From NCBI GenBank assembly GCA_040954595.2, contig CM082598.2:10059097-10123096 (forward strand): 64,000 nucleotides of DNA, given 5' to 3'. The translations under genes and the position numbers were made by a program. The first letter of the stretch is position 1; each line of letters begins with the position of its first letter. A model generated the notes under the pieces. It did no database searches. It was not told the DNA's origin and saw only the letters and a list, made by a program, of their open reading frames with translations. This DNA comes from Balanoglossus misakiensis. Its lineage: Eukaryota; Animalia; Hemichordata. Of this stretch, positions 10,582-23,600 are shown one piece after another.

Positions 10582-10984
10582 CACTTATCTTGGTGCAAAC
10601 TCGCTTGAACCCAAACTTAAATAAACCGCGACTCTGCATGTCAAAAGAACTCTATTGACATTACAGTTATTCCATTGACGGACTTGCGTTAGCATAATGT
10701 ACATAGACCCTGGAGCATACACTGCGTTTCCAATGGTGATGCCCAATAGTATTGCTAAACGTCACAGTAGTTTCAAGGCTACCCCGAAAATATAGTTCCA
10801 TTGCTTACTTGTGTATGGGTTACATGAAACGAGTCGTTGTTCACGTATATGGTCATGCGGGTAGATAAGTGACAGCTGGGAGGAGCGTTAGGGATATTGC
10901 GGTCCTGAAATATACGGAAGTGAACTATCGCTAAATCATTCCTCTTACCGAACTATCTAAGCACTGAAGACGAACGAATTATAA

Positions 10985-11066
10985 TTGGTGGTCCAAATGG
11001 ACCACCAATTTTTCAAATGTGGTGGTCCAAAATGAAAATGTGGTGGTCTTTGGACGCAAGACCACC
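10985..11066. repeat. Subterminal GGTGGTC(C)/GACCACC motif cluster at the right end of the hAT element
   Basis: ttggtggtccaaatggaccaccaa...tgtggtggtccaa...tgtggtggtctt...aagaccacc. Confidence 0.85.
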
Positions 11067-12071
11067 GTTAATTTCGAGCCCTGTAAGTTTTGTGGTGTTT
11101 GGAAAGTCGTCCATGTCTGATGACACAAGATCAGCTTTTGATTGTAACATGAGACATGATCAGTTGTGTTTTGGTTCAAAAGAACATGACCTGGTTTAAG
11201 AAGCCTTGCAACTTCAGGTGACTACAGAAGGAGCTATACTGTGCCCATTGGCCTTGATTTGACTGAGAAACCATGATTTACTGAAAAGCCACTTGGAAAA
11301 GGGTCCACTTTATTTCTAAACCAAACTTACCTTCAGGAAGATCATCTTGGCTGACTCTTGACTATCTACAGTGACTTTTCTTGCATCCATCTTGGCTGCA
11401 ACATCTTTCTTTTCATCCACCTGCATTGCCTCACTTTTCTCCTCTTTCTTTTCCTCATCTGCAAATAAAAATTGTGTTATGTCCAGGAAATATTATTTAC
11501 TTTCTGAGAAGAAACTGGAATATCTAGCTTTGCAAATCAGTTAGTGAAATAAGAGAACGCAAACAATTAATTGTCATGAAATAGTCACCTCTGTTAATAT
11601 CGCGAAAAATTTCCCATCACAAAAATTACCAAGATTACAGTAACCTAAAAATATAAAATCCTAATAATGTCCAAAGTTGAAGAATTCTATATGTATGACT
11701 TAACTTTTGAGACACTATTTCACAACACAAATACTAGTACCTTTGTTCTCTTTATCCAGGAATGAATTTTTTTCCACCTTCTGCTCCTCTCATCTGTTGA
11801 ACTTCCACTAACTGAGCCATGTATCCTTTGTCAACCACAGCCTGTTCCATACTGTACAGATCTTGTCTGCAGGCCATGTCGAGATGCTGCAGTAGTTTGC
11901 TGTGAAAAGAAACAGAAGTGTTACATGTGTATGTGTGTTACAGGGCCAGATCACGGCACATCATGACAAAATCTTTGTGAATATGGTGCTAGCATCATGT
12001 TTATAGCAGATCATGTGTATTCATACTTGTGGGCCAAATGACCTTAATATGTGGTTTGTTGTACGACTTAA

Positions 12072-12804
12072 GGTGGCATTGCATGAAAAGTTGTGATTTT
12101 TGCCAAATTTTACTTTTTTACATAAATCGGTAGGCCTAATACTGACCCACAACCTGACTAATACGTCTTGGCGGAAATGGTGCATAATCACCCCAAAATA
12201 GCACTTTTCTGAATGAGTTCACAGCTTAACAAATAGGTGTCAACAATGCAAATAGCCGTTTTTCTCAGTTTGCATTTTCGCTGCTCTTGACAACTTCGGA
12301 CTAAAATAGCTTCGCCCTGCGTTGGCCGAATTTGCTCAAATTTTGACAGGGAATTGTGTATGACCCATCCAACAAAACGCTAGTTTTGTTTGTCGATAAA
12401 GTGTCCCTGGCGGGAATAAACTCTGATTCAATACAACTCACCGTGAATTTGATCAAATTTTCTGAAAATCTAACTTTTAAACGCTGTTACTCCTCAATGG
12501 AAGCAGATAACGCAAAACAAAATTAGCGTTTTTTTGCACGTGTACTCTAGTTTTGAATGACATATTAAGATGCAAGATGCATGGTCAACTTTTTTACCTA
12601 TTTTAAATTTCATGACATAATATCAAAAAATGGTTTTTTTCACCCCAAATCGCCACCATTTCCGGGGATCAATAATATTTGCAACTCAAACAAAAGTTCA
12701 AAATCTCAGCTTCCAGAATATATATGGTTTATGGGGGTTTTAACTTTTTCTTTGATGAGAAATAGGCCTCTGAAAAAGTCTCGACGGTTGCATGCAGTGC
12801 CACC
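12072..12804. mobile_element. Non-autonomous 733-bp DNA transposon with TTAA TSD and GG...CC termini (Kolobok-type MITE), copy 1
   Basis: TTAA (12068-12071) GGTGGCATTGCATG ... CATGCAGTGCCACC TTAA (12805-12808). The empty site gacTTAAttataac occurs in eight other units. No transposase ORF. Confidence 0.9.
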
Positions 12805-14709
12805 TTAATTATAACACACACACCCAGTTTTTTCAATAGTCCTGCTTGAAAGATCACAGAGTGTCTTTGGCTACTGAAAAGCACCACCACAATGAGAGAT
12901 AACTCACAACACCGAAGAGTAAATCTCTAAAGTTGTAATTTAAACCAAGTATGGAAATTGGGATGTACGGTAGCTTTGATGAGGAATAATTCTAGAGTTA
13001 CAACATACCTCATGCTGTTGACTGGTATACCAAAGGACTGCACAAACAAGACCAACTGAGCTGGTTCCAAGTCTTCCAGGGCTGAAAAAAATGACAAATT
13101 CAGGATGAAAACAACAAAAGTTTGGTGAGAAAAGATCCCAAGTTGAATTGACACACAGATTGGCAGATATTTCCACGAAATATCACACGTAAATGGTGCA
13201 ACAACAGATTAACCGATCAGGCCATGACAAATACTGCACCTCTTCACAAAAACTGCTGGGTTGCAATTTATAGCATAAAATTACTGTAAAACAGGAAATT
13301 TTTGTGATATCACAAGAGAGCTGACTATTCCATTGCTCACATTGTTTCTTTGCGACCATTTATTTTCACGTTTTTTGGCTCTCACGAAATTCGCAAAAAT
13401 TTCCCCTTTTACAATAGTATGGTTGGATCTATACAATGTATACATTGAATGGGGATGAACACTGGACAGTGGAGCATTCTATATTAAAATTTGGGAAAAC
13501 ATTGAAGCCATATTAAGGTCATACTTGATTAAGCTGAAAGTCGGCACAGAATAAATTTGAAATTCAATTGGCTACAAAAATTGACTTTTCTGCCATTCTG
13601 AGATCTCCATGCTGAGCTCAATTATGTTGCTGCTTCATATAGTGGTCAGCAATAAAAACTTACTACTGTTACAGTGGTTATACATGTAACTCTTATTAAA
13701 TGTTTTTTTTTCTTGTTTTATCATGAAATCTGACAATATCACGAAATCTGACTGTGGGTGGCACGACAGAATAAAACTGGTTTTCGTCTCAACTTTTGTA
13801 CATGTAGTGATACAATGAAAGAATGACAGAGAAACTGCTAACAGACAGATTATTATATATTTTTTTACCTTTTCATGTCACTTTTATAAAACACTGCATG
13901 GCAACAAATGTGAACCATGAACAATTTGCAAGACAATGAACTAGAAGTTGAACGAGATTTGAAGACCTGCTCTGGAAGTAATTGATTGACACTCACCCAT
14001 GAGTAAGATTCCGCATGGGGCTGTGTGGCTTTCTTCAAGTAATTGTAGAATATATGTAACATGGATGTCAGTGTACATAGTGTTGGTCTGGTCGGCACTG
14101 GTGTCTCTACACAGCATGGAGCTGAGTATGGTGGGCCTTTCTACAATCAACTGAGCTAAATGTGACAATGTGTAATTAAAGAGAAATATACAGTCAGTGG
14201 AGTAAAGGGTATAACACAATCATACTGATGGAATTCTCACTACCTGAAATAGGTTTTTGCTACCTAGGTGAGTGATGAATAAAGGTCTAATGTCCTCTCT
14301 GATATAACATACTAGTGTATGGTAAATGTCTTTCAGAGATCTACACATTAAAGGGACAAACTCTCTACAGTTAATTCATTTTGGGGAGATTTTTACTCTC
14401 ATATCCTACAAACGGGATGGAAGTTGTGTGTGGTCGAACATTGATTCACTATATATCCACATGTAGAATAACATAAATGGTGTCTTGTATCAAACATAAT
14501 GTATGGAAAAAGGGCAGCGAGAGAGAGACTTTGTCCCTTTAAATATCATAGCTGGCATACAGTTATAAATATGCATTTTTTGATTTATGTCTTGCAAGTA
14601 CAAAACTGTTCTTTATTAAAAAGAAATACAGACAAGGTGATCCCAGGAACATAAAACCCAAAACTCAAAGCTACCAGACAGATGAGTCTTGAGATAAACT
14701 TGGACTTAC

Positions 14710-17700
14710 TTGTCAATCAATCTGGACTGCTCTTGTAACAACAACTCACTCAATGCTTCACTGGTGCTGGATGATTTTGTTGGCACTTGCATAGCAACAG
14801 ATAAGGCTTTATTCAGAAACTCTTCTAGTTGGCTGGAATTGGCGCCTGTCAGCTGGTGATACACTGCATATGGTGCAAAGTCAAACAAAATTCACCCAAT
14901 CATAAAATGTATCATTAACATGATCATACCATAAAAAATGTGAATGAATTACAATTATAGCGTGCGCATATTGAATCATACGAAATCACACCAAATAACG
15001 CGAGACTTAGAAATAACATTACATGTGTATGGTGCCACTTAAACGACACCATTTATTCTTTTTGAGCCTAAATCATGTTTTAGACTTTACCTTTCTATAA
15101 CATGTCTCTATCTACAGCCATCCGTCCCTCAGTGACGGCTTCAATGATTTCACTCACTTCATCCAAGTTGCCACCACTGGCTTTGATGGGACTTTTCTCA
15201 CTGCTCAGGGATTTCGCTGGAAGGAAGGACGTAAGACTGGAATTAAGGCATACGTCCCTACATAAAGGGAGGACATTTGGACATGATACCACAAATGGTT
15301 AATGGAGTTTCTGGGAAGGTTTTCAAATTCCAGGAATTTCCAGGAGTGTACGAATCCAGTTAAGAATTCTTTATGTCATGTGATCTGGCCATGTGACCTC
15401 CAGCATTGTCATTTCCAGGTGACGGCAAACAACATAGTGGCATCCAGTAAAAGTTTTCCACGTATGTAAGTACTTAAGAACCGCCAGACATGTAACATGT
15501 ATCAGGTATAGTACCTCATCAGCCTCATGGCATTTTGTCTGCACAGTCTTTGTCTGCACCACGTTGCTGAAGTTGCCTGTCATCTGGAAAATTGAATGCC
15601 AATGTATTTGCGCTTGAGCTCGTCTGGCGTCTTTTGATATCAAAGAATAAATGCATTGTACAAACTTGAAACTATGTAGAATTTTTCTATTTATCCTGTG
15701 TGATATAGTGAAAACGCTCAAGTTACAGTTTGTGTATGGTTTTGAGAATTATTTCACTGCTTGAGGTAAGTGAAATAAACAGCTCACCTTGTTGTCTGTT
15801 GACTTTTTCATACTGGTTGAGAAGTTTTGTAAACACACTGTTTTCAGACTTTGATGAACTCAAAATTGCAGACACTAGCTGGACAAATCTCATCATATCT
15901 TCCTTCTTTTCAAGATGTTTCTAAATGATATAAAGGAGTGAGAGTGAGAATTGTGCATGATTATGTCAGTTTTGAACTTTCATGTCTGTTTTGGACTGAG
16001 AGCTGTTGAATGAGAGAGAGAGAGGGAGAGAGAGATCGCGCTCGAACAATCAGGGGGTCACGCAGACGTAATCTTTTCATTGGCGTGATACTGATATCAC
16101 CACGTAACTTGCAATTCCCAAGAGTGCGACTGTACGTACGTAAACTGTATCAAATTCAACTCATTCACGTCATATGAGAGGAGGTATACCGTGCGAATGC
16201 GAGCGCTGGGGGAACCGGGTACCGCCTACTTGAAATGGACCTCTTCCCTTAGTGAAGTCAAATAATCATAATTATCTATCATGTAAGAAGTCAAAAATGT
16301 AAGAGAATGTTTTAATAAATATGTCAACTTATTATTTATATTCCCCTGTATATATTCCCCTGTAAATGTCTCATAATTTGAGGAATAATATTTTGGAAGC
16401 TGAACGGAAGTTGCAACTCAAATCAAATTTCAACTTCTCCAATATATGGAATAACACTATAAGCCTACTGACTTGAGAAACTCAAATTGAATTTCAAATT
16501 CTCGAACAAACGAAAATATGTTTGAATGTAAGTAATCTTACTATAAAATTGACATGCAATTACCTGTGCGTTCTAAAGGACATATGGCGGCGCTCTTTTT
16601 TTCGCGTGCGCCACGCACTGAAAATCTGTGATTGGCTAGATCTCAAGTTTACCATGGTAACTGTAGTTAAATTACCATAGGTGACAATATACCTTAACAT
16701 ATCATATTTCTTCTGGGAAGTGTAATTGTTTTAAGATCAAATATTACATGTACATACCAATTGTATGCCTCTCAGATATTGTCTTTCCGTTGATGCACTC
16801 ACTTTGTGCTCACCAATACTGAATAGCTGTAAATATAATCAAAGGAGAAGAAATCACTCACTCATTAGCAATGATACTGCAAAAGTGGAAGTGACTGATT
16901 TTGAGTCTGAAGTTGGAAAAGAGTCCCAGTACAGTGTAGAGAGGTTTCCAGATTAGGTAGATTTTGCTGTCCAACCATTTTCACACAACGGCCATAAAAC
17001 TTAAAGAAGAACTATTAAATTACCCAGCCTGATAAGTTTTGTGGTGTTTGGAAAGTCGTCCATGTCTGATGACACAAGATCAGCTTTTGATTGTAACATG
17101 AGACATGATCAGTTGTGTTTTGGTTCAAAAGAACATGACCTGGTTTAAGAAGCCTTGCAACTTCAGGTGACTACAGAAGGAGCTATACTGTGCCCATTGG
17201 CCTTGATTTGACTGAGAAACCATGATTTACTGAAAAGCCACTTGGAAAAGGGTCCACTTTATTTCTAAACCAAACTTACCTTCAGGAAGATCATCTTGGC
17301 TGACTCTTGACTATCTACAGTGACTTTTCTTTCATCCATCTTGGCTGCAACATCTTTCTTTTCATCCACCTGCATTGCCTCACTTTTCTCCTCTTTCTTT
17401 TCCTCATCTGCAAATAAAAATTGTGTTATGTCCAGGAAATATTATTTACTTTCTGAGAAGAAACTGGAATATCTAGCTTTGCAAATCAGTTAGTGAAATA
17501 AGAGAACGCAAACAATTAATTGTCATGAAATAGTCACCTCTGTTAATATCGCGAAAAATTTCCCATCACAAAAATTACCAAGATTACAGTAACCTAAAAA
17601 TATAAAATCCTAATAATGTCCAAAGTTGAAGAATTCTATATGTATGACTTAACTTTTGAGACACTATTTCACAACACAAATACTAGTACCTTTGTTCTCT

Positions 17701-20110
17701 TTATCCAGGAATGAATTTTTTTCCACCTTCTGCTCCTCTCATCTGTTGAACTTCCACTAACTGAGCCATGTATCCTTTGTCAACCACAGCCTGTTCCATA
17801 CTGTACAGATCTTGTCTGCAGGCCATGTCGAGATGCTGCAGTAGTTTGCTGTGAAAAGAAACAGAAGTGTTACATGTGTATGTGTGTTACAGGGCCAGAT
17901 CACGGCACATCATGACAAAATCTTTGTGAATATGGTGCTAGCATCATGTTTATAGCAGATCATGTGTATTCATACTTGTGGGCCAAATGACCTTAATATG
18001 TGGTTTGTTGTATGACTTAAGGTGGCATTTCATGAAAAGTTGTGATTTTTGCCAAATTTTACTTTTTTACATAAATCGGTAGGCCTAATACTGACCCACA
18101 ACCTGACTAATACGTCTTGGCGGAAATGGTGCATAATCACCCCAAAATAGCACTTTTCTGAATGAGTTCACAGCTTAACAAATAGGTGTCAACAATGCAA
18201 ATAGCCGTTTTTCTCAGTTTGCATTTTCGCTGCTCTTGACAACTTCGGACTAAAATAGCTTCGCCCTGCGTTGGCCGAATTTGCTCAAATTTTGATAGGG
18301 AATTGTGTATGACCCATCCAACAAAACGCTAGTTTTGTTTGTCGATAAAGTGTCCCTGGCGGGAATAAACTCTGATTCAATACAACTCACCGTGAATTTG
18401 ATCAAATTTTCTGAAAATCTAACTTTTAAACGCTGTTACTCCTCAATGGAAGCAGATAACGCAAAACAAAATTAGCGTTTTTTTGCACGTGTACTCTAGT
18501 TTTGAATGACATATTAAGATGCAAGATGCATGGTCAACTTTTTTACCTATTTTAAATTTCATGACATAATATCAAAAAATGTTTTTTTTCACCCAAAATC
18601 GCCACCATTTCCGGGGATCAATAATATTTGCAACTCAAACAAAAGTTCAAAATCTCAGCTTCCAGAATATATATGGTTTATGGGGGTTTTAACTTTTTCT
18701 TTGATGAGAAATAGGCCTCTGAAAAAGTCTCGACGGTTGCATGCAGTGCCACCTTAATTATAACACACACACCCAGTATTTTAAATAGTCCTGCTTGAAA
18801 GATCACAGAGTGTCTTTGGCTACTGAAAAGCACCACCACAATGAGAGATAACTCACAACACCGAAGAGTAAATCTCTAAAGTTGTAATTTAAACCAAGTA
18901 TGGAAATTGGGATGTACGGTAGCTTTGATGAGGAATAATTCTAGAGTTACAACATACCTCATGCTGTTGACTGGTATACCAAAGGACTGCACAAACAAGA
19001 CCAACTGAGCTGGTTCCAAGTCTTCCAGGGCTGAAAAAAATGACAAATTCAGGATGAAAACAACAAAAGTTTGGTGAGAAAAGATCCCAAGTTGAATTGA
19101 CACACAGATTGGCAGATATTTCCACGAAATATCACACGTAAATGGTGCAACAACAGATTAACCGATCAGGCCATGACAAATACTGCACCTCTTCACAAAA
19201 ACTGCTGGGTTGCAATTTATAGCATAAAATTACTGTAAAACAGGAAATTTTTGTGATATCACAAGAGAGCTGACTATTCCATTGCTCACATTGTTTCTTT
19301 GCGACCATTTATTTTCACGTTTTTTGGCTCTCACGAAATTCGCAAAAATTTCCCCTTTTACAATAGTATGGTTGGATCTATACAATGTATACATTGAATG
19401 GGGATGAACACTGGACAGTGGAGCATTCTATATTAAAATTTGGGAAAACATTGAAGCCATATTAAGGTCATACTTGATTAAGCTGAAAGTCGGCACAGAA
19501 TCAATTTGAAATTCAATTGGCTACAAAAATTGACTTTTCTGCCATTCTGAGATCTCCATGCTGAGCTCAATTATGTTGCTGCTTCATATAGTGGTCAGCA
19601 ATAAAAACTTACTACTGTTACAGTGGTTATACATGTAACTCTTATTAAATGTTTTTTTTTCTTGTTTTATCATGAAATCTGACAATATCACGAAATCTGA
19701 CTGTGGGTGGCACGACAGAATAAAACTGGTTTTCGTCTCAACTTTTGTACATGTAGTGACACAATGAAAGAATGACAGAGAAACTGCTAACAGACAGATT
19801 ATTATATATTTTTTTACCTTTTCATGTCACTTTTATAAAACACTGCATGGCAACAAATGTGAACCATGAACAATTTGCAAGACAATGAACTAGAAGTTGA
19901 ACGAGATTTGAAGACCTGCTCTGGAAGTAATTGATTGACACTCACCCATGAGTAAGATTCCGCATGGGGCTGTGTGGCTTTCTTCAAGTAATTGTAGAAT
20001 ATATGTAACATGGATGTCAGTGTACATAGTGTTGGTCTGGTCGGCACTGGTGTCTCTACACAGCATGGAGCTGAGTATGGTGGGCCTTTCTACAATCAAC
20101 TGAGCTAAAT
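14710..20110 (-). pseudogene. INTS1: INTS1 fragment copy with a 446-bp intronic deletion, a 362-bp deletion removing one exon, and MITE copy 2
   Basis: Junctions at ~15081 and ~16567, sized from ORF-landmark offsets. Confidence 0.88.
18021..18753. mobile_element. 733-bp Kolobok-type MITE, copy 2, at the same unit position as copy 1
   Basis: TTAA GGTGGCATTTCATG ... CATGCAGTGCCACC TTAA, with only a few substitutions relative to 12072-12804. Confidence 0.9.
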
Positions 20111-20658
20111 GTGACAATGTGTAATTAAAGAGAAATATACAGTCAGTGGAGTAAAGGGTATAACACAATCATACTGATGGAATTCTCACTACCTGAAATA
20201 GGTTTTTGCTACCTAGGTGAGTGATGAATAAAGGTCTAATGTCCTCTCTGATATAACATACTAGTGTATGGTAAATGTCTTTCAGAGATCTACACATTAA
20301 AGGGACAAACTCTCTACAGTTAATTCATTTTGGGGAGATTTTTACTCTCATATCCTACAAACGGGATGGAAGTTGTGTGTGGTCGAACATTGATTCACTA
20401 TATATCCACATGTAGAATAACATAAATGGTGTCTTGTATCAAACATAATGTATGGAAAAAGGGCAGCGAGAGAGAGACTTTGTCCCTTTAAATATCATAG
20501 CTGGCATACAGTTATAAATATGCATTTTTTGATTTATGTCTTGCAAGTACAAAACTGTTCTTTATTAAAAAGAAATACAGACAAGGTGATCCCAGGAACA
20601 TAAAACCCAAAACTCAAAGCTACCAGACAGATGAGTCTTGAGATAAACTTGGACTTAC

Positions 20659-23600
20659 TTGTCAATCAATCTGGACTGCTCTTGTAACAACAACTCACTC
20701 AATGCTTCACTGGTGCTGGATGATTTAGTTGGCACTTGCATAGCAACAGATAAGGCTTTATTCAGAAACTCTTCTAGTTGGCTGGAATTGGCGCCTGTCA
20801 GCTGGTGATACACTGCATATGGTGCAAAGTCAAACAAAATTCACCCAATCATAAAATGTATCATTAACATGATCATACCATAAAAAATGTGAATGAATTA
20901 CAATTATAGCGTGCGCATATTGAATCATACGAAATCACACCAAATAACGCGAGACTTAGAAATAACATTACATGTGTATGGTGCCACTTAAACGACACCA
21001 TTTATTCTTTTTGAGCCTAAATCATGTTTAACCACAACTAGACAACCACAATGACCTTGTGAGAATGAAACCCACCAATAAATACATGTAGATAATCTGA
21101 AGCTATCACAGAAACAGAATGTCTTTGACAAAGTATTGCAAAGCCTTCAGTTGACCGCGAAAAAGTTGACGAAGCATGCATGTGGAAAGTGGAGTGTTGA
21201 TAACAATGTGAATATATGCACGATAGCTTGCTGCGCTCGCACTCAGGTCAAACCTGTTACATATTACCAAAAATGTGGATCTATATAATTAACATTGGGT
21301 CCGTTCCTTCTTATCCCACTCGTGTTTCTGTTTGTTTGGTGAGAATATCTAATAGGTTAGCCCCTTTCACTCCCAGTTCCTTCTTTAGAGGTCCAACCTT
21401 ACCATAGAAAACGATGGGTTTGGACTGGAACATGGCGGTGAAAGGGTTCAGGTGCTTGAGGGAGTGTTAAAAATGCAGACTTTACCTTTCTATAACATGT
21501 CTCTATCTACAGCCATCCGTCCCTCAGTGACGGCTTCAATGATTTCACTCACTTCATCCAAGTTGCCACCACTGGCTTTGATGGGACTTTTCTCACTGCT
21601 CAGGGATTTCGCTGGAAGGAAGGACGTAAGACTGGAATTAAGGCATACGTCCCTACATAAAGGGAGGACATTTGGACATGATACCACAAATGGTTAATGG
21701 AGTTTCTGGGAAGGTTTTCAAATTCCAGGAATTTCCAGGAGTGTACAAATCCAGTTAAGAATTCTTTATGTCATGTGATCTGGCCATGTGACCTGCAGCA
21801 TTGTCATTTCCAGGTGACGGCAAACAACATAGTGGCATCCAGTAAAAGTTTTCCACGTATGTAAGTACTTAAGAACCGCCAGACATGTAACATGTATCAG
21901 GTATAGTACCTCATCAGCCTCATGGCATTTTGTCTGCACAGTCTTTGTCTGCACCACGTTGCTGAAGTTGCCTGTCATCTGGAAAATTGAATGCCAACAT
22001 ATTTGCGCTTGAGCGCGTCTGGCGTCTTTTGATATCAAAGAATAAATGCATTGTACAAACTTGAAACTATGTAGAATTTTTCTATTTATCCTGTGTGATA
22101 TAGTGAAAACGCTCAAGTTACAGTTTGTGTATGGTTTTGAGAATTATTTCACTGCTTAAGGTAAGTGAAATAAACAGCTCACCTTGTTGTCTGTTGACTT
22201 TTTCATACTGGTTGAGAAGTTTTGTAAACACACTGTTTTCAGACTTTGATGAACTCAAAATTGCAGACACTAGCTGGACAAATCTCATCATATCTTCCTT
22301 CTTTTCAAGATGTTTCTAAATGATATAAAGGAGTGAGAGTGAGAATTGTGCATGATTATGTCAGTTTTGAACTTTCATGTCTGTTTTGGACTGAGAGCTG
22401 TTGAATGAGAGAGAGAGAGGGAGAGAGAGATCGCGCTCGAACAATCAGGGGGTCACGCAGACGTAATCTTTTCATTGGCGTGATACTGATATCACCACGT
22501 AACTTGCAATTCCCAAGAGTGCGACTGTACGTACGTAAACTGTATCAAATTCAACTCATTCACGTCATATGAGAGGAGGTATACCGTGCGAATGCAAGCG
22601 CTGGGGGAACCGGGTACCGCCTACTTGAAATGGACCTCTTCCCTTAGTGAAGTCAAATAATCATAATTATCTATCATGTAAGAAGTCAAAAATGTAAGAG
22701 AATGTTTTAATAAATATGTCAACTTATTATTTATATTCCCCTGTATATATTCCCCTGTAAATGTCTCATAATTTGAGGAATAATATTTTGGAAGCTGAAC
22801 GGAAGTTGCAACTCAAATCAAATTTCAACTTCTCCAATATATGGAATAACACTATAAGCCTACTGACTTGAGAAACTCAAATTGAATTTCAAATTCTCGA
22901 ACAAACGAAAATATGTTTGAATGTAAGTAATCTTACTATAAAATTGACATGCAATTACCTGTCGTTGGTGAAGCAAACTGAACAATGGACATGACAAATG
23001 ATGTTTTCTGTGTAGATTATAAATAAACTGACTCTCATCACTTGATGTTAGGATTTCTTGCATTGCCAGAATGATGTGATCACCAGAATTCTCTGATGAA
23101 TCAAACAATTTCAGCCTGGAGATTTCCCTGGACAGTGTCTGTGTGAGAAATGATGGCAAAATATTAATATCATTTATTAGGAAACCTGGCCAGTCACTGA
23201 GAAATCTGTCGGCCTTTACAAAGTATAGTTCATAATCTTCTCATAAAATGATAAAGTTGCCGCAAAGGTATACAGTCACCTATAATTTACATACGCCCAT
23301 ATATGGCTGAAATGGCGTATTTGAGCGTTCTAAAGGACATATGGCGGCGCTCTTTTTTTCGCGTGTGCCACCCACTGAAAATCTGTGATTGGCTAGATCT
23401 CAAGTTTACCATGGTAACTGTAGTTAAATTACCATAGGTGACAATATACCTTAACATATCATATTTCTTCTGGGAAGTGTAATTGTTTTAAGATCAAATA
23501 TTACATGTACATACCAATTGTATGCCTCTCAGATATTGTCTTTCCGTTGATGCACTCACTTTGTGCTCACCAATACTGAATAGCTGTAAATATAATCAAA

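Larger units (their letters stand above)
7934..11083 (-). mobile_element. Full-length hAT-superfamily DNA transposon (3150 bp), hAT5-type: perfect 16-bp TIRs and 5-bp TSD TAAGT
   Basis: TIR CAGGGCTCGAAATTAA (7934-7949) / TTAATTTCGAGCCCTG (11068-11083). TAAGT at 7929-7933 and 11084-11088. The empty site cctgaTAAGTtttgtgg is present in all other units. Internal transposase ORF. Confidence 0.96.
4798..14161 (-). pseudogene. INTS1: INTS1 internal-fragment pseudogene copy (9 exons) carrying the hAT element and the 733-bp MITE in introns
   Basis: Same exon set as the other units, expanded by 3155-bp and 737-bp insertions. Confidence 0.88.

Noticed and set aside
8926-10658. Short plus-strand ORFs inside the transposon
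   Set aside because: Antisense shadows of the long transposase ORF.
12072-12804. piggyBac classification on the basis of the TTAA TSD
   Set aside because: The termini are GG...CC, not the CC...GG of piggyBac, so Kolobok-type fits better.
12581-12808. 75-aa ORF in the 733-bp MITE as a possible transposase remnant
   Set aside because: Short, runs through the TIR and stops in the TSD, and shows no DDE or zinc-finger motif.
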